DNA from: a bacterium | Lineage (GTDB): Bacteria > UBA8248 | Direction of reading: 5' to 3' | Length of the DNA: 64,000 nt | Assembly (NCBI GenBank): GCA_965213625.1 | Contig: CBDBZU010000004.1 | Location: forward strand, 3,872,001-3,936,000 | Made by a program: the position numbers and the translations under genes | Part shown: piece after piece, positions 37,808 to 48,170 of the stretch | Numbering within the stretch: position 1 is the stretch's first letter | How the letters are laid out: every line of letters begins with the position of its first letter | Notes under the pieces: generated by a model | Told to the model about the DNA's origin: nothing | The model's database searches: none | The model's input: only the letters and a program-made list of their open reading frames with translations

Positions 37808-38950
37808 ATGGTGAAAGCGTTTCAGATTGCATCCGGCCCGCGCGTCCGCTTCGGCCGCGGAGAAGCCACCCAAATCGGAGGGGAAGCGAAGGGCCTGGGG
37901 ATGGCGAAACCGATGCTCGTCACCGACCCGGGACTCGCGTCGAGCGGGGCGCTCGATTCGGTCATCAAGGGCCTCGAAGACGGCTCTATCGACTACCAGT
38001 TCTACGATCAGGCCGAGGCGAATCCCTCGGACGCCAGCATCCTCGCGGCGCGTGATTTCTTCAACAGCCAAGGATGCGACGGCTTCATCGCCGCGGGCGG
38101 CGGCAGCACGATGGACACCGCCAAGGCGACTCTCGCCATTGTCGCGAACGGCGGCGTGCCGAGCGACTACTATGGACGCGGCAAGGCCACGAAGCCCGGC
38201 CCGCCGCTCATCACCGTTCCCACCACGGCGGGCACGGGCAGCGAAGTCACCATGAGTTCCATCGTCACGGACATGAAGCTCATGATCAAAACCGTCCTGG
38301 CGGACGACACGCTCTTCGCGAAACTCGCGGTCGTCGACTCCGCGCTCCTGGCCAAGCTTCCCTCCCACATCGCCGCAGGCGCGATGATGGACGCCCTGAC
38401 CCACGCCATCGAATCGGTCGGCTCGCCCGCCTCCAACCCCTGGACGGAGGCGATTGCGTTTCAGTCGATCACCTATATCGGAAAGCACGGGAGAACCTAC
38501 GTGGACGACCCGTCCGACCCGGAAGCCGCCGACGGCATATCGCTTGCGGCCATGTTGGCGGGACGCGCGTTCACCAACACGGGACTCGGCATCGTGCACT
38601 CGCTCGCGCATCCGCTCGGCGCCTACCACGGGCTGCATCACGGCACGGCGAACGGCATCTTCCTGCCGCCCGTCATGGAGTTCAACCTCCCCGTTATGCG
38701 GGAGGCCTACGCGCGCATGGCGCCGCTCTTGAAAGAAGGCGCCCCGAACACGGCCGAGGCGGCGATAGACGCCATCCGCGAACTCAACACGGACATCGGC
38801 ATACCGGGCAGCTTGAGGGAGGCGGACGTCGTGAACGAGAATTTGGACGTCCTGGCGAAGGACGCGGCGGAAAGCCACCAGGTCAACACGAACCCGGTCC
38901 CCTCGACCCAGGAGGACCTGAAGGGCCTTCTACTGGCCGTGCTCGAGTAG
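37808..38950 (+). CDS. Iron-containing alcohol dehydrogenase
   Basis: GGGSTMDTAK, PTTAGTGSE, DALTHAIE, HSLAH, HG.AN. Confidence 0.93.
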   Translation: MVKAFQIASGPRVRFGRGEATQIGGEAKGLGMAKPMLVTDPGLASSGALDSVIKGLEDGSIDYQFYDQAEANPSDASILAARDFFNSQGCDGFIAAGGGSTMDTAKATLAIVANGGVPSDYYGRGKATKPGPPLITVPTTAGTGSEVTMSSIVTDMKLMIKTVLADDTLFAKLAVVDSALLAKLPSHIAAGAMMDALTHAIESVGSPASNPWTEAIAFQSITYIGKHGRTYVDDPSDPEAADGISLAAMLAGRAFTNTGLGIVHSLAHPLGAYHGLHHGTANGIFLPPVMEFNLPVMREAYARMAPLLKEGAPNTAEAAIDAIRELNTDIGIPGSLREADVVNENLDVLAKDAAESHQVNTNPVPSTQEDLKGLLLAVLE

Positions 38951-39475
38951 ATGATGCCTGCAACCGAGATACTGATACCGGAAGCGGACATCCAGAGCCG
39001 CCTTACGGAGCTCGCCGCCGAGATCAACGCGGTGCAGCCCGCCGGGCCGATCCACGTCGTCATGATACTGAAAGGCGCGATTATCTTCGGCGTCGACTTG
39101 GCCCGCGCCCTTGAGCGCAACACCACGCTCGGCTTCCTCACGGCCTCGAGCTACGGGGACGGAACGCAAAGCACGGGCCGGGTGGAGATCGACGCCAGAC
39201 ACCTGGGCGACATCGAGGGGCGGAACGTGCTGCTCATCGACGACATTCTCGATACGGGGCACACGTTCTCGAAAACCCTGGATATTCTTGGAGATAAGCG
39301 CCCCGCAACGCTTAGGACGTGCGTGTTGATGGACAAGCCTGAGAGGCGGGAAGTCGATATCCAGGCGGACCACGTGGGCTTCACCATCGAGAACCATTTT
39401 GTGGTCGGCTACGGGCTGGACTGCGATGAGGCGTACCGCACCCTGCCGGACATCCGCATCTATGCGCCCGAATGA
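38951..39475 (+). CDS. hpt: Hypoxanthine phosphoribosyltransferase
   Basis: ILKGA, ASSYG, LIDDILDTGHT, FVVGYGLD. Confidence 0.93.
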   Translation: MMPATEILIPEADIQSRLTELAAEINAVQPAGPIHVVMILKGAIIFGVDLARALERNTTLGFLTASSYGDGTQSTGRVEIDARHLGDIEGRNVLLIDDILDTGHTFSKTLDILGDKRPATLRTCVLMDKPERREVDIQADHVGFTIENHFVVGYGLDCDEAYRTLPDIRIYAPE

Positions 39476-39686
39476 GCGTTGCCCGAAGGAGACGAAGGGG
39501 CGGAGTGCGGATGAGGGGGGAGACAATACAATCCCTCCCCCCTTGAGGTGTCGGGCATCCCGAGGGGAATGCCCGATGAAAAAGTCCTCGTTGGGAGTGC
39601 GATGGTTTTGTAGGGACAGGTCGGAATTCATCACCGTCGTCATTTCGGTGTCAGACCCGATTGGGCGGAAATAACGAGAGAGGGAT

Positions 39687-39821
39687 GTAGGGGTCGCATA
39701 TATGCGACCCGTGATTTGATATCCGCCCTTTGGGGGTCATGGACGCGATTCGGGCGGGGGGATATTGCCATGAGCGTGGTTTTTGGTCCGTCCGCATGGG
39801 TCGCATATATGCGACCCCTAC
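39687..39821. repeat. GTAG-type REP doublet (REPIN)
   Basis: GTAGGGGTCGCATATATGCGACCC and the inverted partner GGGTCGCATATATGCGACCCCTAC. Confidence 0.8.
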
Positions 39822-39942
39822 AAATCAGAGTCGAACGCCCTACCCGGTCGGCTGCATACCTCGAATCATTAGAGTAAGGGCTTTTTCAAAAACCCCTCAA
39901 TCAACAAGGCCCCGGCCTTCCGTTCACACAGGAGATAGGTTT

Positions 39943-41046
39943 ATGCCAATTCAGGAGATAACGGTCTGGGATACCGCCGTGGAAGTCGATCAGGGATCCA
40001 GGAACCGCTACGGTGGCGCGTCTTTGCTTGAGCGCGTCGTGGTCCGCCTCACGAACGACGCAGGCGAAGAGGGCTGGGGCGAGGCGGCGCCTCTGATGTA
40101 CATCACCAAAGATACCGGTTCGGAGATGGCGGCCGCACTCCGCGAATCCGCCCCACGCGTAAGGGGAATGGAGGCGGATGAGCTGCTCGCCGCGTTCGAT
40201 GAGACGGTGGATTTCAAGGGAATGGGCGCCGCGCGCACCGCTCTCGAAATCGCCGCGGTCGACCTGTCCACCAAAACCAGCCAGGCGCCCTTCTCGCAAG
40301 TCTTCGGCGGGCACAAGAGAAACACCGTCACGCTTGATGCCCCCATCGGCCTCCTCCCTCCCGATGAAGCCGTCAAGAAGGCCGAACCGCTCGTGGCGCA
40401 AGGAGTCAAGACCCTCAAGGTGAAATCGGGCGTCGACATGGAGGCGGACGCCGAGCGCATCGAAAGGCTGCGCCAGCGATTCGGCCCCGACATCAAGCTG
40501 AGGACAGATGCCAACGGCGGTTTCACGCCCGAGGAGGCCCTGCGCTTCACGGACAGGATGATCGCGATCGACCTCGAGCACTTCGAGCAGCCCGTGCTTC
40601 CTTCAGAAGAAAAATGCCTCGACGTTTTCAGGGAAATTCGCGCCCGTGGGATGCAGGTCGCCCTGGATGAGTCGCTGTTCTCCATCGACGACGCGCGCCG
40701 CCTCGTCGACGCGGATGTCGTCGATATCGGCCTCATCAAGATCGCGAAATTCGGCGGCCCCCGGAACGCCTGGGAAGTGGCGCGGGTGTTCGACGCCGCA
40801 GGCAAGCCTGCCCTGCTCAGTTCGCCCTATGAATCCTACATCGCCAAATCGGCGGGCTTCGCCCTCGCGCTGTCTCTCGATGTTGCGGACAGGGCGCACG
40901 AACTCGCCCATCTGCTCGATGAGGAGCCATACGCCGAGTGGAGCCACTCCATTTCGGGCGGTGAGTTCACGCTGGCGGATACGCCCGGGCACGGGGCCAA
41001 AGGCATTCCCGCGCGCGTCGAGAAGATAGCCAGGGCCGCCGTATAA
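39943..41046 (+). CDS. Enolase superfamily (mandelate racemase/muconate lactonizing enzyme subgroup) protein
   Basis: GWGEA, KVK, DANGG, FEQP, LDES, KIAKFGG. Start at ATG after AGGAG. Confidence 0.9.
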   Translation: MPIQEITVWDTAVEVDQGSRNRYGGASLLERVVVRLTNDAGEEGWGEAAPLMYITKDTGSEMAAALRESAPRVRGMEADELLAAFDETVDFKGMGAARTALEIAAVDLSTKTSQAPFSQVFGGHKRNTVTLDAPIGLLPPDEAVKKAEPLVAQGVKTLKVKSGVDMEADAERIERLRQRFGPDIKLRTDANGGFTPEEALRFTDRMIAIDLEHFEQPVLPSEEKCLDVFREIRARGMQVALDESLFSIDDARRLVDADVVDIGLIKIAKFGGPRNAWEVARVFDAAGKPALLSSPYESYIAKSAGFALALSLDVADRAHELAHLLDEEPYAEWSHSISGGEFTLADTPGHGAKGIPARVEKIARAAV

Positions 41047-41083
41047 CGAGAACAATCCCTACTTGCGCAGGAGAATGAACCCG

Positions 41084-41998
41084 ATGAGGTTCCCCACGAA
41101 GGTCGATATCGTCGAGGTAGGCACGCGGGACGGCCTCCAGAACGAAAAAACCTACATCACGCCCGAAGACAAGATAAGGCTTCTGGACACCATCACCGAC
41201 GCGGGCGTCCGCCGCATCGAGGTGACGAGTTTCGTGAGTCCCAAACACGTCCCGCAGCTCAGGGACGCGCAGGAGGTGCTGGCGGGTTGTAAGCGCAGCC
41301 CCGACGCCGAGTACGAGGCCCTCGTTCCCAACGTCCGCGGCATGGAGCGCGCCCTCGAATGCGAACTGGACGGCGTCATGCTGTTTGTCGCCGCCAGCGA
41401 GACGTTCAACCTGAAGAACATTCGCGCAAGCCGAAAGGAAATGCTAGGCGTCGCCCGCGAAGTGGCCAGGATGGCGCAGGATGCGGGCCTCAAGCTCAGG
41501 GGCGGCGTGGTCGCCACCTTCGGCTGCCCGTATGAGGGGCGCATCTCCGATGAGGACGTCGAGTGGGTGGTCGGCGAATACGTGGACATGGGCTGTGAGG
41601 AAATCGGCCTGGCCGATACCGTGGGCATGTCGAACCCGGCCGAAATCAAGAGGCTCACCAACCACATCCGCGACAAATTCCCCTCCGTCCGCTACGCGCT
41701 CCACCTCCACAACACGAGGGGAGCCGGCCTCGCCAACCTGCTGGCGGGCCTGGAAGCCGGCGTCGATACGTTCGACGCCTCCATCGGCGGCTTGGGCGGC
41801 TGCCCCTTCGCGCCGCGCGCCACCGGCAACATCTCGAGCGAGGACACGATCAACATGCTCCACGAGATGGGGATCGAGACGGGCGTCGACCTGCCGAAAT
41901 TACTCGAGGCCGTCGCCCACGCGGAGAAAGTCCTCGACCGCCAGCTACCGGGGCAACTCCTCCACGCCGGAATCCCCGAGTGGGAAATGGCGTCTTAG
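41084..41998 (+). CDS. Hydroxymethylglutaryl-CoA lyase family protein
   Basis: EVGTRDGLQNE, LADTVG, HLHNTRG, GGCPFAP.ATGN. Confidence 0.92.
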   Translation: MRFPTKVDIVEVGTRDGLQNEKTYITPEDKIRLLDTITDAGVRRIEVTSFVSPKHVPQLRDAQEVLAGCKRSPDAEYEALVPNVRGMERALECELDGVMLFVAASETFNLKNIRASRKEMLGVAREVARMAQDAGLKLRGGVVATFGCPYEGRISDEDVEWVVGEYVDMGCEEIGLADTVGMSNPAEIKRLTNHIRDKFPSVRYALHLHNTRGAGLANLLAGLEAGVDTFDASIGGLGGCPFAPRATGNISSEDTINMLHEMGIETGVDLPKLLEAVAHAEKVLDRQLPGQLLHAGIPEWEMAS

Positions 41999-42103
41999 CC
42001 GACTCCGGCGGATGTCGTGTGTAGGGGCCGCATCTGGGGTTGTTGAAAAGCCGGCCTTGGGAGCGAGGGCGTTTAATTCTCGTCTTGTATGGCCACCTTC
42101 TCG

Positions 42104-42325
42104 ACCTCATTCTGAGTAGGCGCGCATGCGCCGTATCGAAGGTTTGACCCGGCCGAGGAGAGAGGGTCAAAAGCGGCGTATCTCTCCGGCGGGCGCGGAT
42201 ATCGCCCTTCGACAGGCTCAGGACAGGCCCCTTCGATACGCCGCCTTCGGCGGCTACTCAAGGTGAGGTGAAACCCGACCGGGGAGGGAGGGTTTGCGGG
42301 CTGCGCAGGAACGAGGAGGGGGAGG
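42104..42325. repeat. Palindromic intergenic repeat, copy 3 (inverted homolog of 1048-1196)
   Basis: CCTCATTCTGAGTAGG..CGTATCGAAGG...CCTTCGATACG..CTACTCAAGGTGAGG; shares CCGCCGGAGAGAT and CCTGCGCA.CCCG segments with copy 1. Confidence 0.8.
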
Positions 42326-42345
42326 GAAAATTGACGCGAGGGGGT

Positions 42346-42470
42346 GTAGGGACAGGCCTCCGTGCCTGTCCTGACGAAGGATCACCACGGAAGGCAGGAC
42401 AGGTCACGACCTGTCCCTACGGGATGATAGCAACCAACACGTGAAGACAGCCACAGGGGCCTGTCCCTAC
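42346..42470. repeat. GTAG-type REP cluster
   Basis: GTAGGGACAGGCCTCCGTGCCTGTCC, GGACAGGTCACGACCTGTCCCTAC and a third CCTGTCCCTAC. Confidence 0.75.
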
Positions 42471-42718
42471 GGTCGCCATTCCAGGGGATGTCTAGGGGTC
42501 GCCTGTTGGGATTGACCCACCAGCCCGACTTCGAGCTTCGCAGAACGCTTGACGCCCTCATCCCGGAACCCCGTACCCCCATCCTTCGATACGACGCATA
42601 CTCGCCTACCCAGGATGAGGGCATCAGTGGTTCCAAGAAGACTCCCCTCCACACCGGTTTTCTCCCGAAAATGCCTCCCGGCGCACTCAGAAACCCTTGA
42701 CTTTGCAATCCAAAGCTG

Positions 42719-42730
42719 ATTGTATGCAAT
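42719..42730 (+). promoter_or_regulatory. Putative GntR (FCD) operator
   Basis: Near-palindrome ATTGTATGCAAT ~20 nt upstream of an operon that ends in a GntR-FCD gene; resembles TGTATACA-type boxes. Confidence 0.5.
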
Positions 42731-42751
42731 ATACACTTTAGGAGAAGCGCA

Positions 42752-44314
42752 TTGCCGCCTGATCCGAATCGACCGGACCCGATAGATGAACTGAAGGAGC
42801 TGACCGCCCGGGCGAAGGCGCTGGGCGGCGAGGCGGCGAAAGAGCGCCAGCACAAGCAGGGGAAGCTGACCGCCAGAGAGCGTATCGACCTGCTGCTCGA
42901 GCCTGAGAGTTTTTCCGAGATCAACCTTTTCGTCGAAACGCGCTCGACGGATTTCGGGATGGATGCGCGCCGCTCCCCAGGCGACGGCGTCATCACCGGC
43001 AGCGGATACGTGAACGGCCAGCTCGTCTTCGTGGCCTCGCAGGATTTCGGCGCCCTCGGCGGCTCGCTGGGCGAGATGCACGCCGAAAAAATCGTGAAGA
43101 TGCAGGAACTCGCCATGAAGGCGGGCGCGCCCATCGTCACCATCCTCGATTCGGGCGGCGCGCGCATCCAGGAGGGCGTCCTGGCGCTTCACGGCTACGC
43201 GCAAATCTTCCACAACAACACACAGGCCTCGGGCGTGATCCCCCAGATATCGATCATCGTCGGCCCCTGCGCGGGCGGGGCCGTCTACTCACCCGCCATC
43301 ACGGACTTCGTCTTCATGGTCGACGGGCTGAGCAAGATGTTCATCACCGGGCCGGAAGTCATCAAGGCGGTGACGGGAGAAGACGTGTCCGTCGAGGAAT
43401 TGGGCGGCGGCGCAGTGCATTGCTCGACGAGCGGGAACGCGCATTTTCTCGCCAGTGACGAGCGTGAATGCTTCGAGATGGTGAAAAAGCTGCTTTCCTT
43501 CCTGCCCTCGAACAATCTCGACGATCCTCCCCTGTCCGATACGCCCGCGTGGCCGCCGGATGAAAACCCCGAGCTCGACGGCATCATACCGGCGGAGGCC
43601 ACGACCGCCTACGACGTTCGCGACCTGATAACCAACGTGTTCGATGACGGAGATTTCCTGGAGGTTCATGCGGAATTCGCCAAAAACATCGTCGTCGGGT
43701 TCGCGCGTCTCAAGGGAAGGCCCGTCGGCGTCGTGGGGAACCAGCCCACGCACCTCGCCGGCGTCCTGGACATCGACAGTTCCGACAAGCTCGCGCGTTT
43801 CGTGCGCTTCTGCGACGCCTTCAACCTCCCCCTCGTCAACTTCGTGGACGTGCCCGGCTATCTGCCCGGCACCCAGCAGGAATACGGCGGCGTCATCCGC
43901 CACGGGGCCAAGGTGCTCTTCGCCTACAGCGAGGCGAACGTGCCGAAAATCGCCCTCATCGTCCGCAAGAGCTACGGCGGCGCCTACATCGCGATGAGCG
44001 GGTTCGGCCTCGGCTACGACCGCGTTCTCGCGTATCCGTTCGCCGAGATCGCCGTGATGGGTCCCGAGGGCGCGGCCAACATCATCTTCCGGCGCGAGAT
44101 CGGCGAGGCCGAGGACCCAGAGAAAGTCCGCCAGGAGAAGATAGCGGAATACCGCAGACTTTTCGCCAAGCCCTACACGGCCGCGAAATACGGCCTCGTG
44201 GACGTCATCATTGAGCCGCGCCAGACGAGAAGCGCGCTCATCCGGGCTCTCGAGATGACCGCGCACAAGCGCGAGGAGCGGCCGGAAAAAAAACACGGAA
44301 ACATTCCGCTGTAA
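42752..44314 (+). CDS. Acyl-CoA carboxyltransferase (methylmalonyl-CoA decarboxylase alpha/PccB-like)
   Basis: GKLTARERI, DSGGARIQEG, GPCAGGAVYSPA, DVPGYLPG..QE.GG, KKHGNIPL. Confidence 0.93.
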   Translation: MPPDPNRPDPIDELKELTARAKALGGEAAKERQHKQGKLTARERIDLLLEPESFSEINLFVETRSTDFGMDARRSPGDGVITGSGYVNGQLVFVASQDFGALGGSLGEMHAEKIVKMQELAMKAGAPIVTILDSGGARIQEGVLALHGYAQIFHNNTQASGVIPQISIIVGPCAGGAVYSPAITDFVFMVDGLSKMFITGPEVIKAVTGEDVSVEELGGGAVHCSTSGNAHFLASDERECFEMVKKLLSFLPSNNLDDPPLSDTPAWPPDENPELDGIIPAEATTAYDVRDLITNVFDDGDFLEVHAEFAKNIVVGFARLKGRPVGVVGNQPTHLAGVLDIDSSDKLARFVRFCDAFNLPLVNFVDVPGYLPGTQQEYGGVIRHGAKVLFAYSEANVPKIALIVRKSYGGAYIAMSGFGLGYDRVLAYPFAEIAVMGPEGAANIIFRREIGEAEDPEKVRQEKIAEYRRLFAKPYTAAKYGLVDVIIEPRQTRSALIRALEMTAHKREERPEKKHGNIPL

Positions 44315-44330
44315 GGAAAAGGATTTCACC

Positions 44331-44651
44331 GTGGAATCATTCATGCCCGCAATTATGCTGACGATCATCGGCATGGGCGTCGTATTCGGCTCCCTGGTCG
44401 TGCTGATGGTGGTCATCCTGCTTCTGGAGAAATTCGTCGGCTCAAAGCGGCGGGAAGCCGGTGCGGACGCGATGAAGCAGGAGACTGCGCCCGATAACGG
44501 CGACCTGGACGTCGTCCTCGCGGCCGCCGCCGGGTATTTTCTGGAAACCGAAGCGCCCGAGGTATACGTTCCCCCGGTGCGCCGGAATGCAAATTCCGTC
44601 TGGGCGCGAACCGCCCGCGCAGGACATCTCCGCCAGCGGAGGCGCCGGTGA
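44331..44651 (+). CDS. Na+-translocating decarboxylase gamma/delta subunit (OadG family)
   Basis: GMGVVF..L TM segment, VVLAAA, SVWARTAR; operon context. Confidence 0.85.
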   Translation: MESFMPAIMLTIIGMGVVFGSLVVLMVVILLLEKFVGSKRREAGADAMKQETAPDNGDLDVVLAAAAGYFLETEAPEVYVPPVRRNANSVWARTARAGHLRQRRRR

Positions 44652-45055
44652 GAAATTTCCATCTGACCATCAACGGCAAGCGCTACGCGGTGAGCGTAGA
44701 GCGCGACCTCGGCTCGAATGAACTCGAGGTCACGGTAGACGGGCAGACGCATCGCGTCGGGGTGGAGGAAGAGGAGAAGACCGTCCCTTCCGCCCCCCGT
44801 CCATCCGCCGCGCGCAAGCCCTCGCCCACGCCGGTGAACTCCGGCGGGAAGATACTCGCCCCCCTGCCAGGCGTGGTTTTATCCGTCGCGGTCGCCCCGG
44901 GTGATTCGGCAGGCGCAGGCGATACGCTTTTGATCCTCGAGGCCATGAAGATGGAGAACGTGATTCAGGCGGATTCGGACTGCGTCGTTCAGGCGGTTCA
45001 TGTGCACAAAGGCGACAAGGTGGAAGCCTCCCAATTGCTCATGGAGATATCATGA
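44648..45055 (+). CDS. Biotin carboxyl carrier subunit
   Basis: [13 protein letters not shown]. Confidence 0.95.
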   Translation: MRNFHLTINGKRYAVSVERDLGSNELEVTVDGQTHRVGVEEEEKTVPSAPRPSAARKPSPTPVNSGGKILAPLPGVVLSVAVAPGDSAGAGDTLLILEAMKMENVIQADSDCVVQAVHVHKGDKVEASQLLMEIS

Positions 45056-46176
45056 GCCAACTGTTCTCTTCGGTCGCCGATTTCATCTCTCTCACCGGGT
45101 TTTCGGCGCTGGGCTTCGGCGACGTCCTCATGCTCGCCATTTCATGCCTCCTGCTCTATCTGGCCATCCAGAAGGGTTTCGAGCCCCTGCTCCTCGTGCC
45201 CATCGGCTTCGGCATGCTGCTCTCGAACCTGCCTGAAACCGGCATATTCGATAAAGGCGGCCTCATCCAATACTTCTACTTCGGGGTGAAGGCGGGCATA
45301 TTCCCGCCCCTGATCTTCATGGGCATCGGGGCGCTCACGGATTTCGGCCCGCTGCTGGCGAACCCCAAGACGCTGCTCCTGGGTGCGGCGGCGCAATTCG
45401 GCATCTTCGCCACCCTGCTCGGAAGCATATTCCTGGGCTTCAACCTCTCGGAAGCGGGCGCCATCGGCATCATCGGCGGGGCGGACGGCCCCACGGCCAT
45501 CTACACTGCGTCCAAGCTGGCTCCCCACCTGCTCGGCCCCATCGCCGTGGCCGCCTATAGCTACATGGCGCTCGTGCCGATGATCCAGCCTCCCATCATG
45601 AAGGCGCTCACCAACAGCGAGGAGCGCTCGCGGGAGATGATGCAGCTAAAAGTTATCGAAAAACCCGTCCGCATCCTGTTTCCCATCATCACGACGCTGC
45701 TCACGGGCCTGCTACTCCCCTCGGCGGCGCCCCTTATCGGGATGCTCATGCTCGGGAACCTCTTTCGTGAGTGCGGGGTCGTCGAGAGGCTCTTGAAGAC
45801 CTCGGAGGATGCCCTGCTCAATATCGTGACGATATTCTTAGGCGTCTCCGTGGGCGCTTCGATGACGGCCGAGACTTTCCTCAAGTGGGAGACCATCGGC
45901 ATTCTCCTGCTCGGCTTCATCGCCTTCGGCATCGGCACGGCCACCGGCGTGATCTTCGGCAAGATCATGGCCGCCTTCAGCAGTACGCCGATCAACCCCC
46001 TCATCGGCGCTGCGGGCGTAAGCGCGGTTCCCATGGCGGCCCGCGTCGTCCAGAAGGTGGGCGCCGACGAGAATCCGGGCAATTTTCTGCTCATGCACGC
46101 GATGGGCCCCAACGTGGCGGGCGTCATCGGCTCGGCGATCGCGGCCGGCGTGCTGATATCACTCATCCGAATTTGA
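45052..46176 (+). CDS. Na+-translocating decarboxylase beta subunit (OadB/MmdB)
   Basis: [54 protein letters not shown]. Confidence 0.96.
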   Translation: MSQLFSSVADFISLTGFSALGFGDVLMLAISCLLLYLAIQKGFEPLLLVPIGFGMLLSNLPETGIFDKGGLIQYFYFGVKAGIFPPLIFMGIGALTDFGPLLANPKTLLLGAAAQFGIFATLLGSIFLGFNLSEAGAIGIIGGADGPTAIYTASKLAPHLLGPIAVAAYSYMALVPMIQPPIMKALTNSEERSREMMQLKVIEKPVRILFPIITTLLTGLLLPSAAPLIGMLMLGNLFRECGVVERLLKTSEDALLNIVTIFLGVSVGASMTAETFLKWETIGILLLGFIAFGIGTATGVIFGKIMAAFSSTPINPLIGAAGVSAVPMAARVVQKVGADENPGNFLLMHAMGPNVAGVIGSAIAAGVLISLIRI

Positions 46177-46191
46177 TGGAGCGACACTTTC

Positions 46192-47382
46192 ATGGCTGGA
46201 CCACTGGAAGGCATCCGGGTAGTCGACCTGACTCGAATTCTCGCAGGCCCCTATTGCACCATGATGCTGGGCGATATGGGCGCGGAGGTCATCAAGATCG
46301 AACATCCCGACGGCGGGGACGACACCCGAGGCTGGGGGCCCCCTTTTCTGAACGGGGTGAGCGCGTACTTCATCTCGATTAACCGCAACAAGAAAAGCCT
46401 CACGCTCAACTTGAAGGACGAACGCGGCAAGGAGATTCTGCGGGATCTGATTCGCAACAGCGACGTCATCGTGGAGAACTTCCGGCCCGGCACGCTGGAT
46501 AAGCTCGGATTCTCCTGGGAGGAGATCCACCGGCTCAATCCCTCGATGGTATTCGCCTCGCTCTCGGGCTTCGGTCAGACCGGTCCCCGGAAAAGCGAGC
46601 CCGGCTTCGACGTTGTCATCCAGGGCGAGGGCGGGGTGATGAGCCTAACGGGAGAGCCCGACGCACCGCCCAGCAAGGTGGGCGCATCCATCGCGGACAT
46701 CACGGCGGGAATGCTCGCCGCCCAGGGGGTTCTGCTCTCGCTCTACCACCGCGAGAAAACGGGCGTGGGGCAGATGGTCGACGTCGGCATGCTCGACGGG
46801 CAGGTGGCCCTGCTCACCTACCATGCGAACAACTACTTCGCGACCGGAAAGCTTCCGCCGAGGCGGGGGAACAAGCATCCCTCCATCACGCCGTACGAAA
46901 CGTATGAGTGCAAGGACGGATACTTCAACCTGGGCGTGGGCAACGACAGCCTGTGGCGGAGATTCTGCGACGCGATGGGGCTGGGGGAGATCAAGGAAGA
47001 CCCAAAATTCGCCATCAACAAAGACAGGGTGAACAACCGCCTGGAGCTGCAGGAGATTCTCGACGCCTTCTTCGCGGAGAAGACGGTGGGAGAAACGCTC
47101 GATTCCCTGCGGGACGCAGGCATCCCGTGCGGCCCGATAAACAACCTCGAGCAAGTATTGAACGAACCCCAGATTCTCGCGCGCGAGATGGTGGTGGACG
47201 TCGACGTGCCAGTCGCCGGCCCCACGAAGGTGACCGGTGTGCCCATCAAGCTATCCGAAACCCCGGGCGCCGTACGGACGCCCCCGCCCTCGCTCGGCCA
47301 GCACACCGAAGAGGTGCTCGAATCCGTCCTCGGCATGGATGAGGCGCAAAGAAACACCCTTCGGGAAGATGGCGTGGTGTGA
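46192..47382 (+). CDS. Family III CoA transferase (CaiB/BaiF)
   Basis: L.GIRVVDLTRILAGP, NRNKKS, ENFRPG, PPSLGQHT. Confidence 0.93.
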   Translation: MAGPLEGIRVVDLTRILAGPYCTMMLGDMGAEVIKIEHPDGGDDTRGWGPPFLNGVSAYFISINRNKKSLTLNLKDERGKEILRDLIRNSDVIVENFRPGTLDKLGFSWEEIHRLNPSMVFASLSGFGQTGPRKSEPGFDVVIQGEGGVMSLTGEPDAPPSKVGASIADITAGMLAAQGVLLSLYHREKTGVGQMVDVGMLDGQVALLTYHANNYFATGKLPPRRGNKHPSITPYETYECKDGYFNLGVGNDSLWRRFCDAMGLGEIKEDPKFAINKDRVNNRLELQEILDAFFAEKTVGETLDSLRDAGIPCGPINNLEQVLNEPQILAREMVVDVDVPVAGPTKVTGVPIKLSETPGAVRTPPPSLGQHTEEVLESVLGMDEAQRNTLREDGVV

Positions 47383-47462
47383 GGCGTTGAGCATGGATAC
47401 CTTCAGAAACCTCTCCGGCATCTGGCCGTTGATCCTGTGTAAGGACTCATAGGGGGATTGAG

Positions 47463-48170
47463 GTGCGGATACCGGGCGTTCAGATCGAAAAACCAAAATC
47501 CCTGAGCAAGATGGTGTCGGAGCAGATTAAAGACGCCATCCTGAGCGGCATCTTCCAGCCGGGAGACAAGCTTGTCGAGACGACGCTCACCGAGTCGATG
47601 GGCGTGAGCAGAACGCCGCTCCGCGAAGCCTTCCGGGAACTCGCAGCAGAAGGCTACATCACCGTCGTCCCGCACAAGGGGGCGCACGTGAGTCTCGTGA
47701 GCGAGGATGAGGTTCTGGACATCTACGCCATCACCAGCGTGCTGGAGGGCCTCGCCACACGCCTCGCGACCCCGAACCTCCACGAGGGAAGGGCGAACGA
47801 AAAGCTACATGCGTTTTTCGAGCAGTTGAAGCACCATCATGAGCGCGGCGAGGTGGACGCCTACTGGGCGGCGAACCGTGATTTTCACCGCCACATCACG
47901 AGCGCTTGCGAGAACTCGAGACTCCAGGGACTCATCGGGAACCTCCGGCAGCAGATCATGAAGACCCGCGTGGTGACGCTCCATGCGCCCGGGCGTCTGG
48001 ATAACTCCATGGCCGAGCACGAGGAAATTCTCCAGGCCATACTCGATGGCGACGGGAGAAGCGCCGAGCGCCTGGTGATCAGGCACCTGGAAATCCAGGG
48101 GAATTTCGTGCTGGACCTCATCAAGAAATCATCTGAAAACGCAAGTGTTTCTACCGCAGAAGACGGCTAG
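47463..48170 (+). CDS. GntR family regulator (FCD domain)
   Basis: GVSRTPLREA, N..FH, EHEEIL.AI. Confidence 0.93.
   Translation: MRIPGVQIEKPKSLSKMVSEQIKDAILSGIFQPGDKLVETTLTESMGVSRTPLREAFRELAAEGYITVVPHKGAHVSLVSEDEVLDIYAITSVLEGLATRLATPNLHEGRANEKLHAFFEQLKHHHERGEVDAYWAANRDFHRHITSACENSRLQGLIGNLRQQIMKTRVVTLHAPGRLDNSMAEHEEILQAILDGDGRSAERLVIRHLEIQGNFVLDLIKKSSENASVSTAEDG

Noticed and set aside
43289-44752. 487-aa antisense ORF and many similar shadow ORFs (5382..6614, 31757..32827, 37781..38878, 58804..59805, 62434..63417)
   Set aside because: They overlap confidently identified genes and are expected from high-GC codon bias.
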